Source: Octopus sinensis (taxonomy: Eukaryota). From it: DNA of 64,000 bases. Under the pieces are notes generated by a model. That model was not told the origin of the DNA and made no database searches. It saw nothing but the letters and a program-made list of their open reading frames with translations. Each line of letters opens with the position of its first letter. Within the stretch, counting starts at the first letter, position 1. The translations under genes were made by a program, and so were the position numbers. The DNA lies in assembly GCF_006345805.1 (NCBI RefSeq), contig NC_043002.1, positions 62,062,001 through 62,126,000 of the forward strand. Direction: 5' to 3'. Shown one piece after another: positions 50,544 through 64,000 of this stretch.

Positions 50544-51091
50544 TGCATAGTTAAGTAGGTAAATATACATACAGATAGAGAGGCACTCAGAGTGAAAGAG
50601 ATAAAGAAAGAGAAAACGATGGATGAATATGCTTATGCAATGGTGATTTCATAACTTTAATTTATTGGATTAATAAAGAACAACTACAACGACAATAAAT
50701 GTGATAACAACAAGTATAAATATGAAAAACAATGAGAGGAAGTACAACACATTGCATAAAATACATAACAATGAAAAAACCGACAATATTAAAATACAAC
50801 GCACTATTACTACAACAATGCATTTGGCAATATGAAATGAACAGGAACAGTTCACAAAACAAAAGAGGAAAAAAATAAAACAATAATACACGACAACATG
50901 GCTGTGATGGATTCAGTTTTCAATATGGAATACAGCAAGGAATAAATTCGCCACGATTGTGATGTGTGCACAGATATTCCAACCAGAATAGTGTGATTTC
51001 GGTTCACTAATGCTAATACGTTACGAATATCTCGGCCTCAAGATCCTTTGCTGCTCTCAAACATTTATCAACTCTGCTTAACGGAGTGGGC

Positions 51092-51320
51092 TTATTACCC
51101 TCCGCCTTAGCGAAGGCATGGAGGTATTATTTTCAGTCATGTTTGTTTGTTTGTTTGACTGTGGACAAGATATCTCAAGAACCGCTCCATGGATTCGGAG
51201 GAAACCTTCAGGGATGTTTGGCCACATAACTGGCACGAAATGATTAGATTTTGGGATCGATCCAGTTCCGGACAAGGATTATGGATTAAGTTTTCTGTTT
51301 TCTCTTACATAATTTTTGAG
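51092..51320 (+). mobile_element. Probable non-autonomous Helentron-associated (HINE/DINE-like) element, 5' part
   Basis: ttattaccctccgcc...ggcatggaggtattat subterminal inverted repeat, (GTTT)n tract, then gatatctcaagaaccgct...gaaaccttcagggatg. Confidence 0.5.
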
Positions 51321-51323
51321 AGA

Positions 51324-51582
51324 GGCCAAATCCAAGCTCTTCAGCAGTTACTATTGGATTTTGTTCCACAAGGGTTTGCAGAACGTCCTCGTCGATCTTT
51401 ACAGATCTTCCAGGAGAGGCTCATCTTCTAGAATGCAGTTTCTGGCTCAGAAATTCTGGAAGCACTGTTGACATTGCCTTACACTTATTGTTCGATCCCC
51501 ATATACTGCATTGATATTCCTAAGACTCTCAATGCGTGGTTGCCAGTAAAATATGCCGAATATACTTCTTTGTCACTTCCAT
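51324..51582 (-). pseudogene. Mariner transposase N-terminal (HTH) fragment
   Basis: MEVTKKYIRHILL...NINAVYGDRTISVRQCQQCFQNF...LEDEP(fs)PGRSVKIDEDVLQTLVEQNPIVTAEELGFG. Confidence 0.8.
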
Positions 51583-52279
51583 TATATCTTTGAACTGCAC
51601 TCATCAAAACTTATACTAAGAATAAGTACAAGGTGAAATTACTACCTGCTTTTATAGCAAGTTGATGCTGGTAGTTTATCCCGTCCTCCTCTTACTTTTA
51701 GTTCACGCAATGGAAAAAACAGCATTATTTATGGGATGACCCAATATATGGATTGAGAATGTGTGGGAGAGAGAATATTCTGTGCTGTCACGTTTGGCAA
51801 ATATAAAATATTGCCCTTCAGGCTTACTATGTTTGCAGTTAAAAGTTTTAGTTTAAAAATGGATATAACTTTTGTCTCGATAACTTCAAAAAGACATTTC
51901 TAAGATGCATCAAATGTGTCTACCGGCTGCCATACGTTATCTATTATTGATGCTACCGTGCATGTTATCCTAAGCAATTGTTTACTACATGTATGAAATA
52001 TTTCTTAAATAATAAGTTACATAGATGAACAAACAAGATGGCGGCTGAATCGGTTAATGTCATGAAATATCTATAAGAAATTCATTGGGCAAGATCACCT
52101 TGCTCTAAATCTCCCAGTCAACGTAATTAGAAATACGGATTTTGACAAGATGAATCATTACAACCTACATGAAATCTGACGTGAACAGTTAACCCTAAAA
52201 ATATTTTGACAAATTGATAGCTTGGTTACACGCACCCCACCAACTGACGCCATACTCTCTCCTCTTTACACCTCTAGTA

Positions 52280-52357
<78 letters not shown>

Positions 52358-52825
52358 CCTATGTATGTATGTATGTATGTATGTATGTATGTATGTATGT
52401 ATGTATGTATATCTCGCTCTCTCTCTCTCTATATATATATATATCGATCGATCGATCTATATAACTATTTGTCTGTCTTCTGAAACTTAGAAACTACATT
52501 CCGCTGTTCTGCTAGCAAATTGCTGCGTTCGTGAATGTGATGCGTTTAAAAATTGGATTTGAAATCAAGAATAGTTATCCGTAATTACCGAAACAAAATT
52601 CTTCGAATTACAATAGCCATGGCTTTCAAAACTTTTAAGTCATTAACCACATGAATTAAAATTAATGTAAGTTACGAGTTGGCAAGTGGAAACGAGCTGT
52701 CAAGGAGGCGTGCCTTACTGACAACCGATATTTCACATTTAGGCTGTTTAACTGCATGTTTGAAAATCGTTACGAGTGTAGAGAACACTCAGTCACAGAT
52801 TGATAAAAAAATGTGTTCAATAAAT

Positions 52826-52886
<61 letters not shown>

Positions 52887-54013
52887 TAGTGGTAGTAGTA
52901 GTAGTAACAGCAACAGCAGCGGCGGCAATTAGGGCCGCTTCTTGGTGTTGTGGGTGTAGGTTAACTCTTGTATGTCATGCGCGATCAGATAGAAAACAGA
53001 CGTAGACATTTACAGCGCGGTACATACGGTTGATATTTATCAGACATATTGTCTTTTTGTACTGCGTTATCCCTAACTTATAAACGTTTGTCGAAAGGGC
53101 AATTGTTCTTCATCACATAACGCGAACTTTATGCAGTCATATTCAGTTTTATCTGAGAACACTCACACGAAAAGTCATTAATAAAAATTTTGAATGTTTT
53201 TTTTTAAGTAATGAAAAACAAAAAAAAATGTAACAGCGTATTGATTTAATGTTGTAATGTTTTGATATGATCGTTTCGATAATTCTAGATATTATTATAA
53301 AATTGGGGGGGGGGAAATGACCGAAAGAATGTGTACAGTACCCACCCAGTTGTCTAAAAGATGTGCAATTTCGACATAAGTATAGAACGCTTTGTCTTAT
53401 TATTATTAGTTGTTCAGAGATATGCACTAAAATAATTATAATACGCAGTCGAGCATGAAGAAAGAGATATATTACATCAGAAAGAAAAAATATATATGAA
53501 TAAAGTACTAACAGGTAAAACTAATAAAAAAAATAAGATCTTGATAAATAAGAGAAAGGAAATAGTTAATAAGAAAACGAAACGGTGAGCACATATAATG
53601 ACTCATCTAATTTCGGATAATTCCATTTTAGAGCAGCGTACGTCAGTGGAAAAACCAAGACAGCTTAGGTTAATTATGATCTATTGCCGCCGACCGACTG
53701 GTTACGACTAATTTTACATAATTTCTGGAGAATAAAGATAGATATTATAGTTAAACACAGACACGGTAACACACGCGCATCCGCGCACATACACGCCCAT
53801 ACACGCATACATACACATAAGTACATATGTGTCTGTATGTAATGTATGAATGTGTATGTGTGTGTAACTGCAACATGTATCTATTGCTCTGACTCTCTCT
53901 GTCTCTGTCTATCTCTGTGTGTCTGTCGCTCTGTCTCTCTCTCTTTGTACATATATGTATATATATATATATATATACATACATATATATATATATATGT
54001 ATATATATGTATA

Positions 54014-54049
<36 letters not shown>

Positions 54050-54063
54050 ATATATATATATAT

Positions 54064-54132
<69 letters not shown>

Positions 54133-54480
54133 ACGTATGTTTATGTATGTATAAGAATGTGTCTTTATCATAGCAATTGAATTGCATCTATGTAATCAAG
54201 ACAGTAATATCCGACGCTGTGCTCTATCTGTGCCAGCCTAACCATCTCTAGTATCAGTTGTCGAACGCTGTAATTACGTCTGCACACGACGCTATGTCGT
54301 GCGCGCCATGTTTGGCTGATATAAAAGACAGCAAACGAATTCCGTGTTCCCAGGCATGCTGATAGTGTTGCCCGAGTGGTTTTATTTCATTTGTATACTA
54401 GACGTCTACGCGAACGGGAATGTTTCTGGCTGGGATCAGAGAAACCTTTGTACCTTCTTGTAATCTTTTTTTCTAAATAT

Positions 54481-54881
54481 AAGGCGGTGAGTTGGCAGAA
54501 ACGTTAGCACGCCGGGCGAAATGCTTAGCGGTATTTCGTCTGCCGTCACGTTCTGAGTTCTAATTCCGCCGTGGTCCCACTTTGCCTTTCATCCTTTCGG
54601 GGTCGATAAATTAAGGACCAGTTACACACTGGTATCGATGTAATCGACTTAATCCGTTTGTCTGTCCTTGTTTGTCCCCTCTGTGTTTAGCCCCTTTTGG
54701 GTAGTAAAGAAATAGGTATTTCGTCTGTTTTACGTTCTAAGTTCAAATTCCACCGAGATCGAATTTGCCTTTCATCCGTTCGAGGTCGATAATTTAAGTA
54801 CCAGTTGCGTACTGGAGTCGATCTAATCGACTGGCACCCTCCCCAAAGGTTTTTGACCTTGTGCCTAGAGTAGAAAAGAAT
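54481..54881 (+). mobile_element. SINE family A, full-length; followed by a degenerate copy to ~55075
   Basis: aaggcggtgagttggcagaaacgttagcacgccgggcgaaatgc...gtgcctagagtagaaaagaat. Confidence 0.92.
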
Positions 54882-55090
54882 ATAAGGCGCCGAGCTGGTG
54901 GAATAGTTAGAACGCTGGAAAATATACTTAGTAGCATGTCATCCGTCTCTACTCTCCGAGAACAAATGCCCCTTTCCGGGGTTCATATAATAAGTACCAG
55001 TTGAGTGCTGGGGTCACTGTGGCCAACTTAACTCTTCCTCCGAAATTTCTGGCCTTTTGCCAAATTTCTTTCCAATATTCTATTGCGAAT

Positions 55091-55454
55091 ATGGCTGTTA
55101 GGTAAGACGCTTGCTTCCCAATCACATGGTTGCAGGTTCAGTCCCACTGTGTAGCACCTTGGGCAAGTCTTTCCACTACAGCCTCGAGCCAACCAAAGTT
55201 TTGTTAGTGGAAACTGAAAGAAGCCCGTCTTATATATATGTGTGTGTTTGTCTGTTTGTCCTCCCCCACCATCGCTTGAGAACGGATGATGCTGTGTCTA
55301 TGTATCCTTAACTTAGTGGCTCGGCAAGAGAGACCGATAGAATAAGTACTAAGCTTACAAAGAATAAGTCTTGGTGTCAATTTGTTCGACTAAAGTTGGC
55401 GCTCTAGCATGGCCGCAGTAAAATGACTGAAATATGTAAAAGAATAAAAGAATA
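55091..55454 (+). mobile_element. SINE family C, full-length
   Basis: atggctgttaggtaagacgcttgcttcccaatcacatggttgcaggttcagtcccactg...gcatggccgcagtaaaatgactgaaa. Confidence 0.85.
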
Positions 55455-55570
55455 ATAGAAAGATACATTTAAGTTAATATTTCGCTTCAAACACCGCATT
55501 TTAATTTTGAGCACAATTTCGGTTCCCTACACTGATATATTACTTCCGGTAATATTATTTTTTGCAGCTG

Positions 55571-55970
55571 AAGTCCGTGGACCTGGCAAAATCGATAGCA
55601 AACCAGGCGAAATGTTCAGCGGTATTTCGTCTGCCGTTACGTACTGAGTTCAAATTTCGCCGAGGTCGACTTTGCCTTTCATCATTTCGGGGTCGATAAA
55701 TTAAGTACCAGTTACGCACTGGGTTCTATATAATCGACTTAATCCGTTTGTCTGTCCTTGTTTGTCCTCTCTGTGTTTAGCCCCTTGTGGGTAGTAAAGA
55801 AATAGGTATTTCGTCTATTGTTACGTTCTGAGTTCAAATTCCGCCGAGGTCGACTTCGCTTTTTATCCTTTTGGAGTCGATTAATTAAGTACCAGTTGAG
55901 TACGGGGTTCGATGTTATCAACTTACCCCTCCCCACATTTTTAGGCCTTTTGTCTATAGTAGAAAAGATT
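55571..55970 (+). mobile_element. SINE family A, full-length
   Basis: Two tandem cores as in 54481-54881. Confidence 0.9.
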
Positions 55971-56384
55971 ATTATTTGCTCTTGGGAAATAAATCTCCAT
56001 CAGCAAACATTTAAGGCAGTCACTTGTTTTCTGCTGTGTTCTGTCTCCGAATGCAAGAGTCGATATCTAGTCAGATACGAAACCACTTCTGTTGGTGTTA
56101 CGGCCCCTTCTACTACGGTACTAAAGTTGCCCGGTGACCAAACAGTAATGTAAGCAACAAAGCTCCCACAAAAGAGCACGGGCTTCCCTGAGTCAGTTGT
56201 TGTTACTCTAGGGCAGGTGTTTTTATGATCCTCGATGCTCATTCTATGCTGCACCACTCGCTTTCTCTTAGATGTACGAAAGAAAACACCACCACGTTCA
56301 AGCAAAACAGTCAGAATGGAACTAATGACGTATCTACATATTCTCAATAATTTCTGCCAGACCCGGACGTGAATATGCTGACAG

Positions 56385-56510
56385 TTGTTCTATATTTATG
56401 AGATGAGGAATTATGTACATTATTTACATTATTTACATTTGACGAAACGTTGTGTTAACAACAAACAAGATGAGGACAAATATCCGTCAAATGTAAATGA
56501 TGTAAATAAC
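56385..56510. mobile_element. Mini fold-back derivative of the 42100 element
   Basis: tacattatttacatttgacg is inverted relative to cgtcaaatgtaaatgatgta; the junction falls at gAAACGTT. Confidence 0.55.
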
Positions 56511-57803
56511 TAGCAGCTGTTGTTTAGCGTTTTGCCCCTTAAGATGAAATGTTCAGAACACATTTGGTTCATTGCTCTAAATAATTATTGCGTTACAGTT
56601 GGTACGTTTCATTTATATGGTGATATCCTCCGGAGATGAAATACAACAGCGAATGGTATGTTCACTTTCGAGCCTACCAATACTCTTTTCCTGGGGTTGC
56701 GTGGCCAACTTACCCCTTCCACCGAAATTACTGGCCTTTTGCCAAAATTTCTCATCAATATTCTTTTCTTAATATGGCTGTGGGGTAAGAAGATTGCTTC
56801 CCAATCCCATGGTTGCAGGTTCAGTCCCACTGCGTGGAACCCTGAGCAACTGTGAACTGATACATAATCGTATGCAGCAACTATTTAATGCGTATGCACA
56901 AAAAAATTTTATGGTGGCAACGCAAAAAGCCTGTTTTGGTTGGTTGTTGTAAACCATGCAACTGCAAAGGTTTGTGGAGTTGAAGTTTTCTGAGTAGCAT
57001 TGGCAATTGCTTATACGAAAAGGTCTCTCTTCTGAAAATCAGAAGCTTTTAATCAATAGAAATGTCAAGCCACAGATTTAGTCTGAAAGAAGCCGAAATC
57101 AGAATCTTTGAAAGCGACTTAGAATGGAGAAGCTAGAAGAGATGTCAAAAGAAATTGATCCATCTTCAAAAAGCTTCACCAGTTCAAATCTATGGATTTT
57201 TACTTTTTTATACAAGTCGAAAGAATGAAAGAAGAGGACGGTCTTCACTGGGTTTTGAACGGAGAACTCAAATGATGTAAGATATTCTAAATATGACTTT
57301 AATGGCTCCGACATTTTATGGCATTAAACCGTTTATCTACATAAAATATTGACGTAAAGTGCTTATAGCTACCATATTACATAAATCTGGAAATTAGCAG
57401 CAACCATTACGAGGTGAATTAAGGACATTCCATAGAATTAATCTCTAAATCTAATATATTAGGATAGAACTTTTCCTTCGTTTCATCGCATACTACTTGG
57501 TTTATATACGGAAAAGATTTTTCCTTGCATCTTTCGTCTTTCCGTTTTAAATACTGAATTAGTGTTCGCGTGTTGCATTGCATAACGTCGGTTTAAACGA
57601 GAATATTTTAAATTAGTGAAAATAATTAGAAATGCGTTAGTATATTTTTACCAAGTAAATGCTTTGCGGTTATTTAAAATTTAGTCCGACATAAATTAAT
57701 GTTTCAAAATTTGTATATTACACAGTGATATGTCTTTTAATTTGTATCTTGATAATACATATTATGTATGTTAATATTATGTATGTATCTATGTATTATG
57801 TGT

Positions 57804-58181
57804 GGAGACGCAATGGCCCAGTGGTAAGGGCAGCGAACTGGCGGTTGCGGGATCGTGGTTTCGATTCCTAGGTCAGGTGTTGTGAATGTTTATTGAGCAA
57901 AACACCTAAAGCTGCACGAGGCTCCTGTGGTGGTGGTGGTGACAAACCCTGCCGTACTTTTCACCCCAACTTTCAATCTTTATTCCTATTTCTGTTGTAC
58001 CTGTATTTCAAAGAAGTCAGCCTTGTCACACTCTCTCACGCTGAATCGCTTCACTCCGAAAACTACGCTAAGGTTTCACGTGTCTGTGGAGTGCTCGACC
58101 ACTTGCGCGTTAATTTCACGAGCAGGCAATTCCGTTGATTGGGACAACAGGAATCCTCGTCGTCGTAACCGACGGAGTGCC
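57804..58181 (+). mobile_element. tRNA-derived SINE with family E head/body and family B tail
   Basis: tttattgagcaaaacacctaaagct (as at 25920), then ctgtatttcaaagaagtcagccttgtcac...cctcgtcgtcgtaaccgacggagt (as at 29845-30017). Confidence 0.75.
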
Positions 58182-58563
58182 GCGATGTATTATATATGTA
58201 TTTACCTCGGACAATCGTTCTGCCCAGTCAACTGGAAAGCGAACACTCTTTTCCATCATATGCTTTGCTTTCCATCGTGTCTTCTTTTTAACCTAATTAA
58301 AGAGATCCTCGAATTAAGCTGGTCTACCTTGTTGTCTCAGACGTTTTGCTGTTAAAATGTACATACATATGCGCATACATATGTATATACATAAAATCTA
58401 CATACACATGGAACTGTGTGTTTATTTATGTGAGTTTGCATGGTTACAGACATGAGTGTGTCAACCTATATTTCTATCTACATATATATATATTTATGTG
58501 TGTGTGTGTGAGAGCGTTTACCTCTATATATATCTATGCAATTATGTACACACAGACAAGTCA

Positions 58564-58604
<41 letters not shown>

Positions 58605-59209
58605 TATATATATACACACATATATACACATATTCATACATATGTATTTATATATATATACATATATATGCATAAAACTATTTGGATATATATATAGAGA
58701 GAGGGGGAAGGGAAAGAGAGGGAGAGAGAGAACAGAGAGTGACGGAGAGGAAAAGAGGGAGGATAGAGATAAATTGCGAGGCAGCGAAAGAAAGAAACAA
58801 CGACTATGTAAGAAACAGAGAGATATTCATAGAGACGTGGATAAAGTGTGGTGGGAGAGATTGATAGAAAGTCGTCTGAAGACCTCTGTACATCATTCGT
58901 TGATCAATTATCGATAGATGTCGCTGAAAGTCCACTAGCTCAATACGGAGCAGTGTGATATCAGACACCGTTAATTATTTTGTCAGAAACAGATGCTTAT
59001 ACTGTGGATATGATATATGAACAAGAGCAATGTATGGCATGACACTGTAATAGTTAGTATAAGATACGTCTTGTTCATAGGACCAACACTTTCTTTAATC
59101 AAATATAACTGCCCTCTCCATTAGTCAAGTCACATATACGCTGGCACATACACACACACACACACATATGTATGCATTATTATCAACATATCTATATCAA
59201 TCTGTCTAT

Positions 59210-59245
<36 letters not shown>

Positions 59246-59627
59246 GTATATATATATATATGGTTGGAAGTGTGAATGGAAGAGATGGATAGATGAAAAT
59301 AAAGAGTAAGAGATAGAGAGAGAGAGAAAGAAGGGGCAACGAGGGGGAGTGAGAGCGTGAAAGACGGGAATGGCAGAGCATTAGATCATACGTGGAAAAT
59401 AAATCTGGTTAATATATTTCATATTGGCTTTTTGTAAATCACGGATACATTTCTTAATATAAGTGTCAAGCCAGAACCAAAGTTTCTAAGGCCATATCTA
59501 TACAATGTTTCAGTGCTTTCACTTTCCGCTACACTGTATACATTTGTGATATACCGAATAAGCTTTTACGAGATCGCACGTTCTTCTACATATAACAGCA
59601 AAAATTCTTAATGCGTCAAACACTTGA

Positions 59628-59720
<93 letters not shown>

Positions 59721-59723
59721 TAT

Positions 59724-59925
59724 AGGGAAGAATTCACAAGAAATGAACAAAATACGAAGACAGGAAGACAGGTGGTATAGACACAAACAGATGTATTAGT
59801 TTAACGCTCGGGAAGCGGGAAAGTCTTTAACGTTCGAGCCTAGGCTCTTCCACAGAAAGGAAGACACAAAGAAACAAGGGAGAGAAACTAAAGCATGTGT
59901 AATGGCTAGCAATCCATCATGCCGA
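59724..59925 (-). mobile_element. Member of the 48395 family with a decayed hammerhead
   Basis: cttt-CTGTGGA-a-gagc(ctag)gctc-GAAC-GTT-aaag at 59825-59859. Confidence 0.65.
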
Positions 59926-60114
59926 ATGATGTATATCTATATGTATGTAAGTAAATTTCAGTTTAAAATAATAAGGGTGAAAAATTGAATATTAATTTGA
60001 TTAATATCAATTTAAAACCAGTGGTCTAGAGTATTTATAATCTGAAGATTCAAAAATAATTATACTACATGCATATAATGGGGATGACCAGTACGCGGAC
60101 ATCCATCCTATATG

Positions 60115-60177
<63 letters not shown>

Positions 60178-60354
60178 TAGATAGATAGAGAGATGTAAAG
60201 GATATTAGTATCTAGAAGACCCAATGAGTGGCGGGTAATGCGAAGTAAGTGCTAAAGATAGAGACCACAGTAAAACTCTTGGTTTGATAGTGAAAGGAAT
60301 GAGGAGTTTAATCTGGGTTTTGTATTAGCATGCATATATATATATATATATATA

Positions 60355-61136
60355 CAACAAATAATTAAGGAATGACCCTGAGAAGGTCGTTCGACTCACT
60401 TGAAAAGAGCAGCTAAACTCAAAACCGCAAAGATAGTAGTAATTCTGAAACTAGAGGAGAAATAAAAACATTTATCCCCTTCAAACTTTGTACCCTGCAA
60501 GGTTTCAACATCTTTCACGCAATCAAATTTAATTAAATTAAATTAAATCCGTTTACGCTTGGCTTGTCTCGTCAGCAAAGTCACCAAAAGAGGAGGAAGA
60601 TATATATACACGAGGCTACACCATCTAAGCCTCGGGTCTATATATCCTAAATTTTCGAATTCACCGTAATCGCGCCATCTACTCCGCAGAAAATATAAAC
60701 TGCTGATACAAATCTCAGAATTAGTCAAGAATTCATTAATCAATCAATATAAGGGTAACAAAAAATTCAAGAAAAATTTTCTGCAACCAGCGGTCAAGTG
60801 AGAAGATAGAGATAGTCACAGACTATATAATATATTCAACAAATAATTAAGGAATGACCCTGAGAAGGTCGTTCGACTCACTTGAAAAGAGCAGCTAAAC
60901 TCAAAACCGCAAAAATAGTAGTAATTCTGAAACTAGAGGAGAAATAAAAAACATTTATCCCCCTCAAACTTTGTACCCTGCAAGGTTTCAACATCTTTCA
61001 CGCAATCAAATTTAATTAAATTAAATTAAATCCGTTTACGCTTGGCTTGTCTCGTCAGCAAAGTCACCAAAAGAGGAGGAAGATATATATACACGAGGCT
61101 ACACCATCTAAGCCTCCGCTGGTTGCAGAAAAATTT
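60355..61136. repeat. ~280-bp direct repeat pair with a spacer and a terminal inverted fragment
   Basis: 60355-60633 is approximately 60837-61116; 61117-61132 is the reverse complement of 60777-60792. Confidence 0.85.
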
Positions 61137-61169
61137 TGTTATATTGATATATATATATATATATATATA

Positions 61170-61330
61170 GGGAGACGAAGACGGGTGGTGTACAAAACAA
61201 ACAGATGCATTAGTATAACGCTCAGGAATAGAAGTCTTTTACGTTTCGAGCCTACGCTCTTCTACAGAAGGGGAAACAGAAAAAACAAGGAGAGAGAAAA
61301 AAATGTGTGTAGTGGCTAACGATCTATCAT
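61170..61330 (-). mobile_element. Member of the 48395 family with a hammerhead-like core
   Basis: ctt-CTGTAGA-a-gagc(gtag)gctc-GAAAC-GTA-aaag at ~61236-61271. Confidence 0.65.
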
Positions 61331-64000
61331 TGCGACTACCAGACAGAAGGGTCACACAAGAGAGGGAAGAAGTAGGGGATATAACAAAGTAAATATGACC
61401 CCCAACACGAAGGTGCGTGTGTGTATAAGAGAGTATGTATGTGATAGAAATTTCTGTGAGTTTGCTTCGAGACGCGTGCTTATAGTATGTTTTATTCATA
61501 TGTATGTATATGTGTATATGTATATGCACACACAAACAAACACATAAACACATATATAAGGGAATGTTTGGTGCATATAATCTTGATTCATAGGACGATA
61601 GCATGTATATAGACACAGTGTATTAGAGTTTTTATAAGTAGACGGAATCTCAAAGAAGCCTATCTTATATATGTGTGTTTTTTCTTCTTCGTTTGTCCTC
61701 CGCCTTTATCGCTTGAAAAATGGTGTTGCTGTGTTTGTGTACCCATAAGTTAGCGGTTCGGCAAGAGAGACCGATGGAATAAGAAATTTGGCTTGGGTAT
61801 TTGAAAAATGATCGATGAGGACCGGATTAGTGATCAATATAGTCATCAAGAATGACTCCGACATCATGTTCTCTTAAAATAAGGCGAAATATGAGAAAAT
61901 AAATTATTAAATATCCACACTACTATAATTGCTTCGAGTCTCTGACTTACATAGGCTTATCAGTTCCTAGAACTGGCTTGAGCTGGTGCAAATATATTGT
62001 AGTAGAAAGGTAATTAGCGATCACATTTGAATACAAATTTCTAGGAAGAGAAAATAACTTTTAACTTTAAAATGATTATCATCCTCATGTATTTGATATT
62101 TTCCATGGATTGAGTTTTTTCTTTATATATTCAAAGTGAAAATTATTCTATTTCCTTCACCGAAATCGAGGTATAGCATGACGTCACTCCTACCACTGTC
62201 TTTTCACCTATGAAGAGGTTCTAAAAATTTTACTGGCTCCTATTAACCTATTAATTACTTTCCTGTCAATTTTTCCATGAAGTGGGACTCTATCTGCAAG
62301 GTTAGAAATCCCCCCACCCCACTGCATGTTCACTGTACTCTTTTTATCGATTTTACCAAGACATTTACATTAGTTATGTTTCACAGCATTGCAAATAAGG
62401 ATCATCTTTCTGCTTTTTAAACATTTATAAGAATTTGTAAGTTTGTTGATAACGTTGTCCACATAACAAATTAGGTGCCTCAATACTATGAAGATATTGT
62501 AATTTCTTATAGCATTATTCTAATTTATTATATTCATGCAATGATACAAACGCTTCGCAGATGTTTCTTCCTTATATTGTGACTTCAAACTCGGCTAAGA
62601 CCAATGTCTTTCATCTAGATAAATTAAGGTATCAGTCTAACACTACTTTTGATCTAATCGACTAACGCCTACTTTCATGATTGCTGGCATTGTGCCTAAA
62701 TTCAAAACTATTATTTACGATTATATAATGATTATAACGCTTGTGCTCCTTAGTTCAAAGGAATCCCTCAGAATATTCCCTAAGTTTCGTAGCGAAAGAG
62801 CTCCGAAATTTCAACTTTCAAATTTATTGCACCTGCTTTATGTGGTTTGGCGCTATCGTAATATCTTTTCATTTCAACTCATATCCTATGCTATGCTAAC
62901 ATCTCTGTGCCAACAGCTATTGCAGGAATTTAGGTATTATTGGAAGTTGAGTTTGAAGAAATTTTAAGTCGAAACGTAAAATTTTCTCACGCGGGAAGCT
63001 ATTTAATTCCTGATGTTTTATAGTCAGTACTTTACTCATTATTTGAGATAAACTCAACATTCGTGTGTGTTCGGTATAAATTATATTGTCGTGTTCTGTT
63101 GCGAGTGACTGTTAAGTTATGTGAAGAGAATTCTTTCTATTTTTTCTGTTAATTTCTAACTCCTGCGTGAATTTAAGTACCGAAATATATAATAATGTGT
63201 TAATGTGTCCTTCAGATCGAGTAATTGTCTCGTATTTTGGAAATTATTATCTTTATGGTTAACATATTAAAGATACGGTGATAGTTTTACAACTTGGTTG
63301 CTAAGAATGATATTCCTATACTACTTATGTAAAAATTCATGATTTGAATCCAAGAGATGAAAATATTGAGAAAGTAGTGTCATGATGTGAATGTAACTTC
63401 TTATTCTTGGTTCTGCATAATAATTGATTTAGTGAAAAATTCGAAGCAAAATATCAGTATTTATGTTGGCTGTCGTAAAAGTAATTGAATCTAAAGCTCT
63501 GTATTGCTGGATTTACCAGTACATTACAGAAAACTGTATCAAGCTATTAAGAATAATACGGATGTTGAACTGAAAGCGATGGTAAAAGTAAGTATATCTT
63601 CTTAAGTCATTGGCATTCATCGTTCACATTGCAAGTTTTGGTATCTTATTAACTTTCTATCTTATTAACCTTATACAAAGACATTACACGAGTTAATTGT
63701 CTTCATAAGGTATTGTGCAAATGCTCTATTTCTTAACGAATCTCTCGAATAACCTTTGTAACTATTATTGCTTTGTACTTCTGTATACGCAGACACTTTC
63801 ATCACAGCTGCGTCATGAAAGATCACCAGATGAAACAAGTACCAGTTGAGCCCTGAGGGCGCTGTAGAATGAAGGTTTTTTATAGCCTATCCCTGTGAAG
63901 AAATTTTAGTGGGTTCAGTTTTGTATGACAAGTCACCACCTCTGACATCAACTATCCAAGAACTTCCGAATGATTTTTCATCATTCCTCGCAGCCAATTT

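Noticed and set aside
57050-57230. Possible pogo/Tigger CENP-B HTH fragment (KLEEMSKEIDPSSKSFTSSNLW)
   Set aside because: Too short and degenerate to support without a profile search.

Overview
Eukaryotic, AT-rich, essentially non-coding DNA saturated with (TA)n, (CA)n, (AAT)n, (AAG)n, (TAG)n, (GATA)n and (TACA)n microsatellites and several tRNA-derived SINE families. The repeat content is most consistent with an octopus (coleoid cephalopod) genome; this is an inference, not a database result. I can support no intact protein-coding gene, and almost all ORF-track entries are translated microsatellites. Decayed transposon coding remnants: a Penelope-like GIY-YIG endonuclease (987-1392), RTE LINE fragments, two mariner fragments and a ~2.1 kb Helitron Rep/helicase pseudogene. 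The main hidden structure is a dense set of type I hammerhead ribozyme (HHR) motifs, intact or decayed, in about six unrelated short elements, most of them next to (TA)n tracts. Two adjacent near-perfect palindromes (31002-31599 and 31762-32236) each carry a divergent pair of hammerheads with self-complementary helix III. This fits non-autonomous Penelope pLTR-derived or retrozyme-like elements. A second notable item is a tRNA-Trp(CCA) plus SINE chimera flanked by a 13-bp target-site duplication (17670-18025). All alignments and folds were done by eye.
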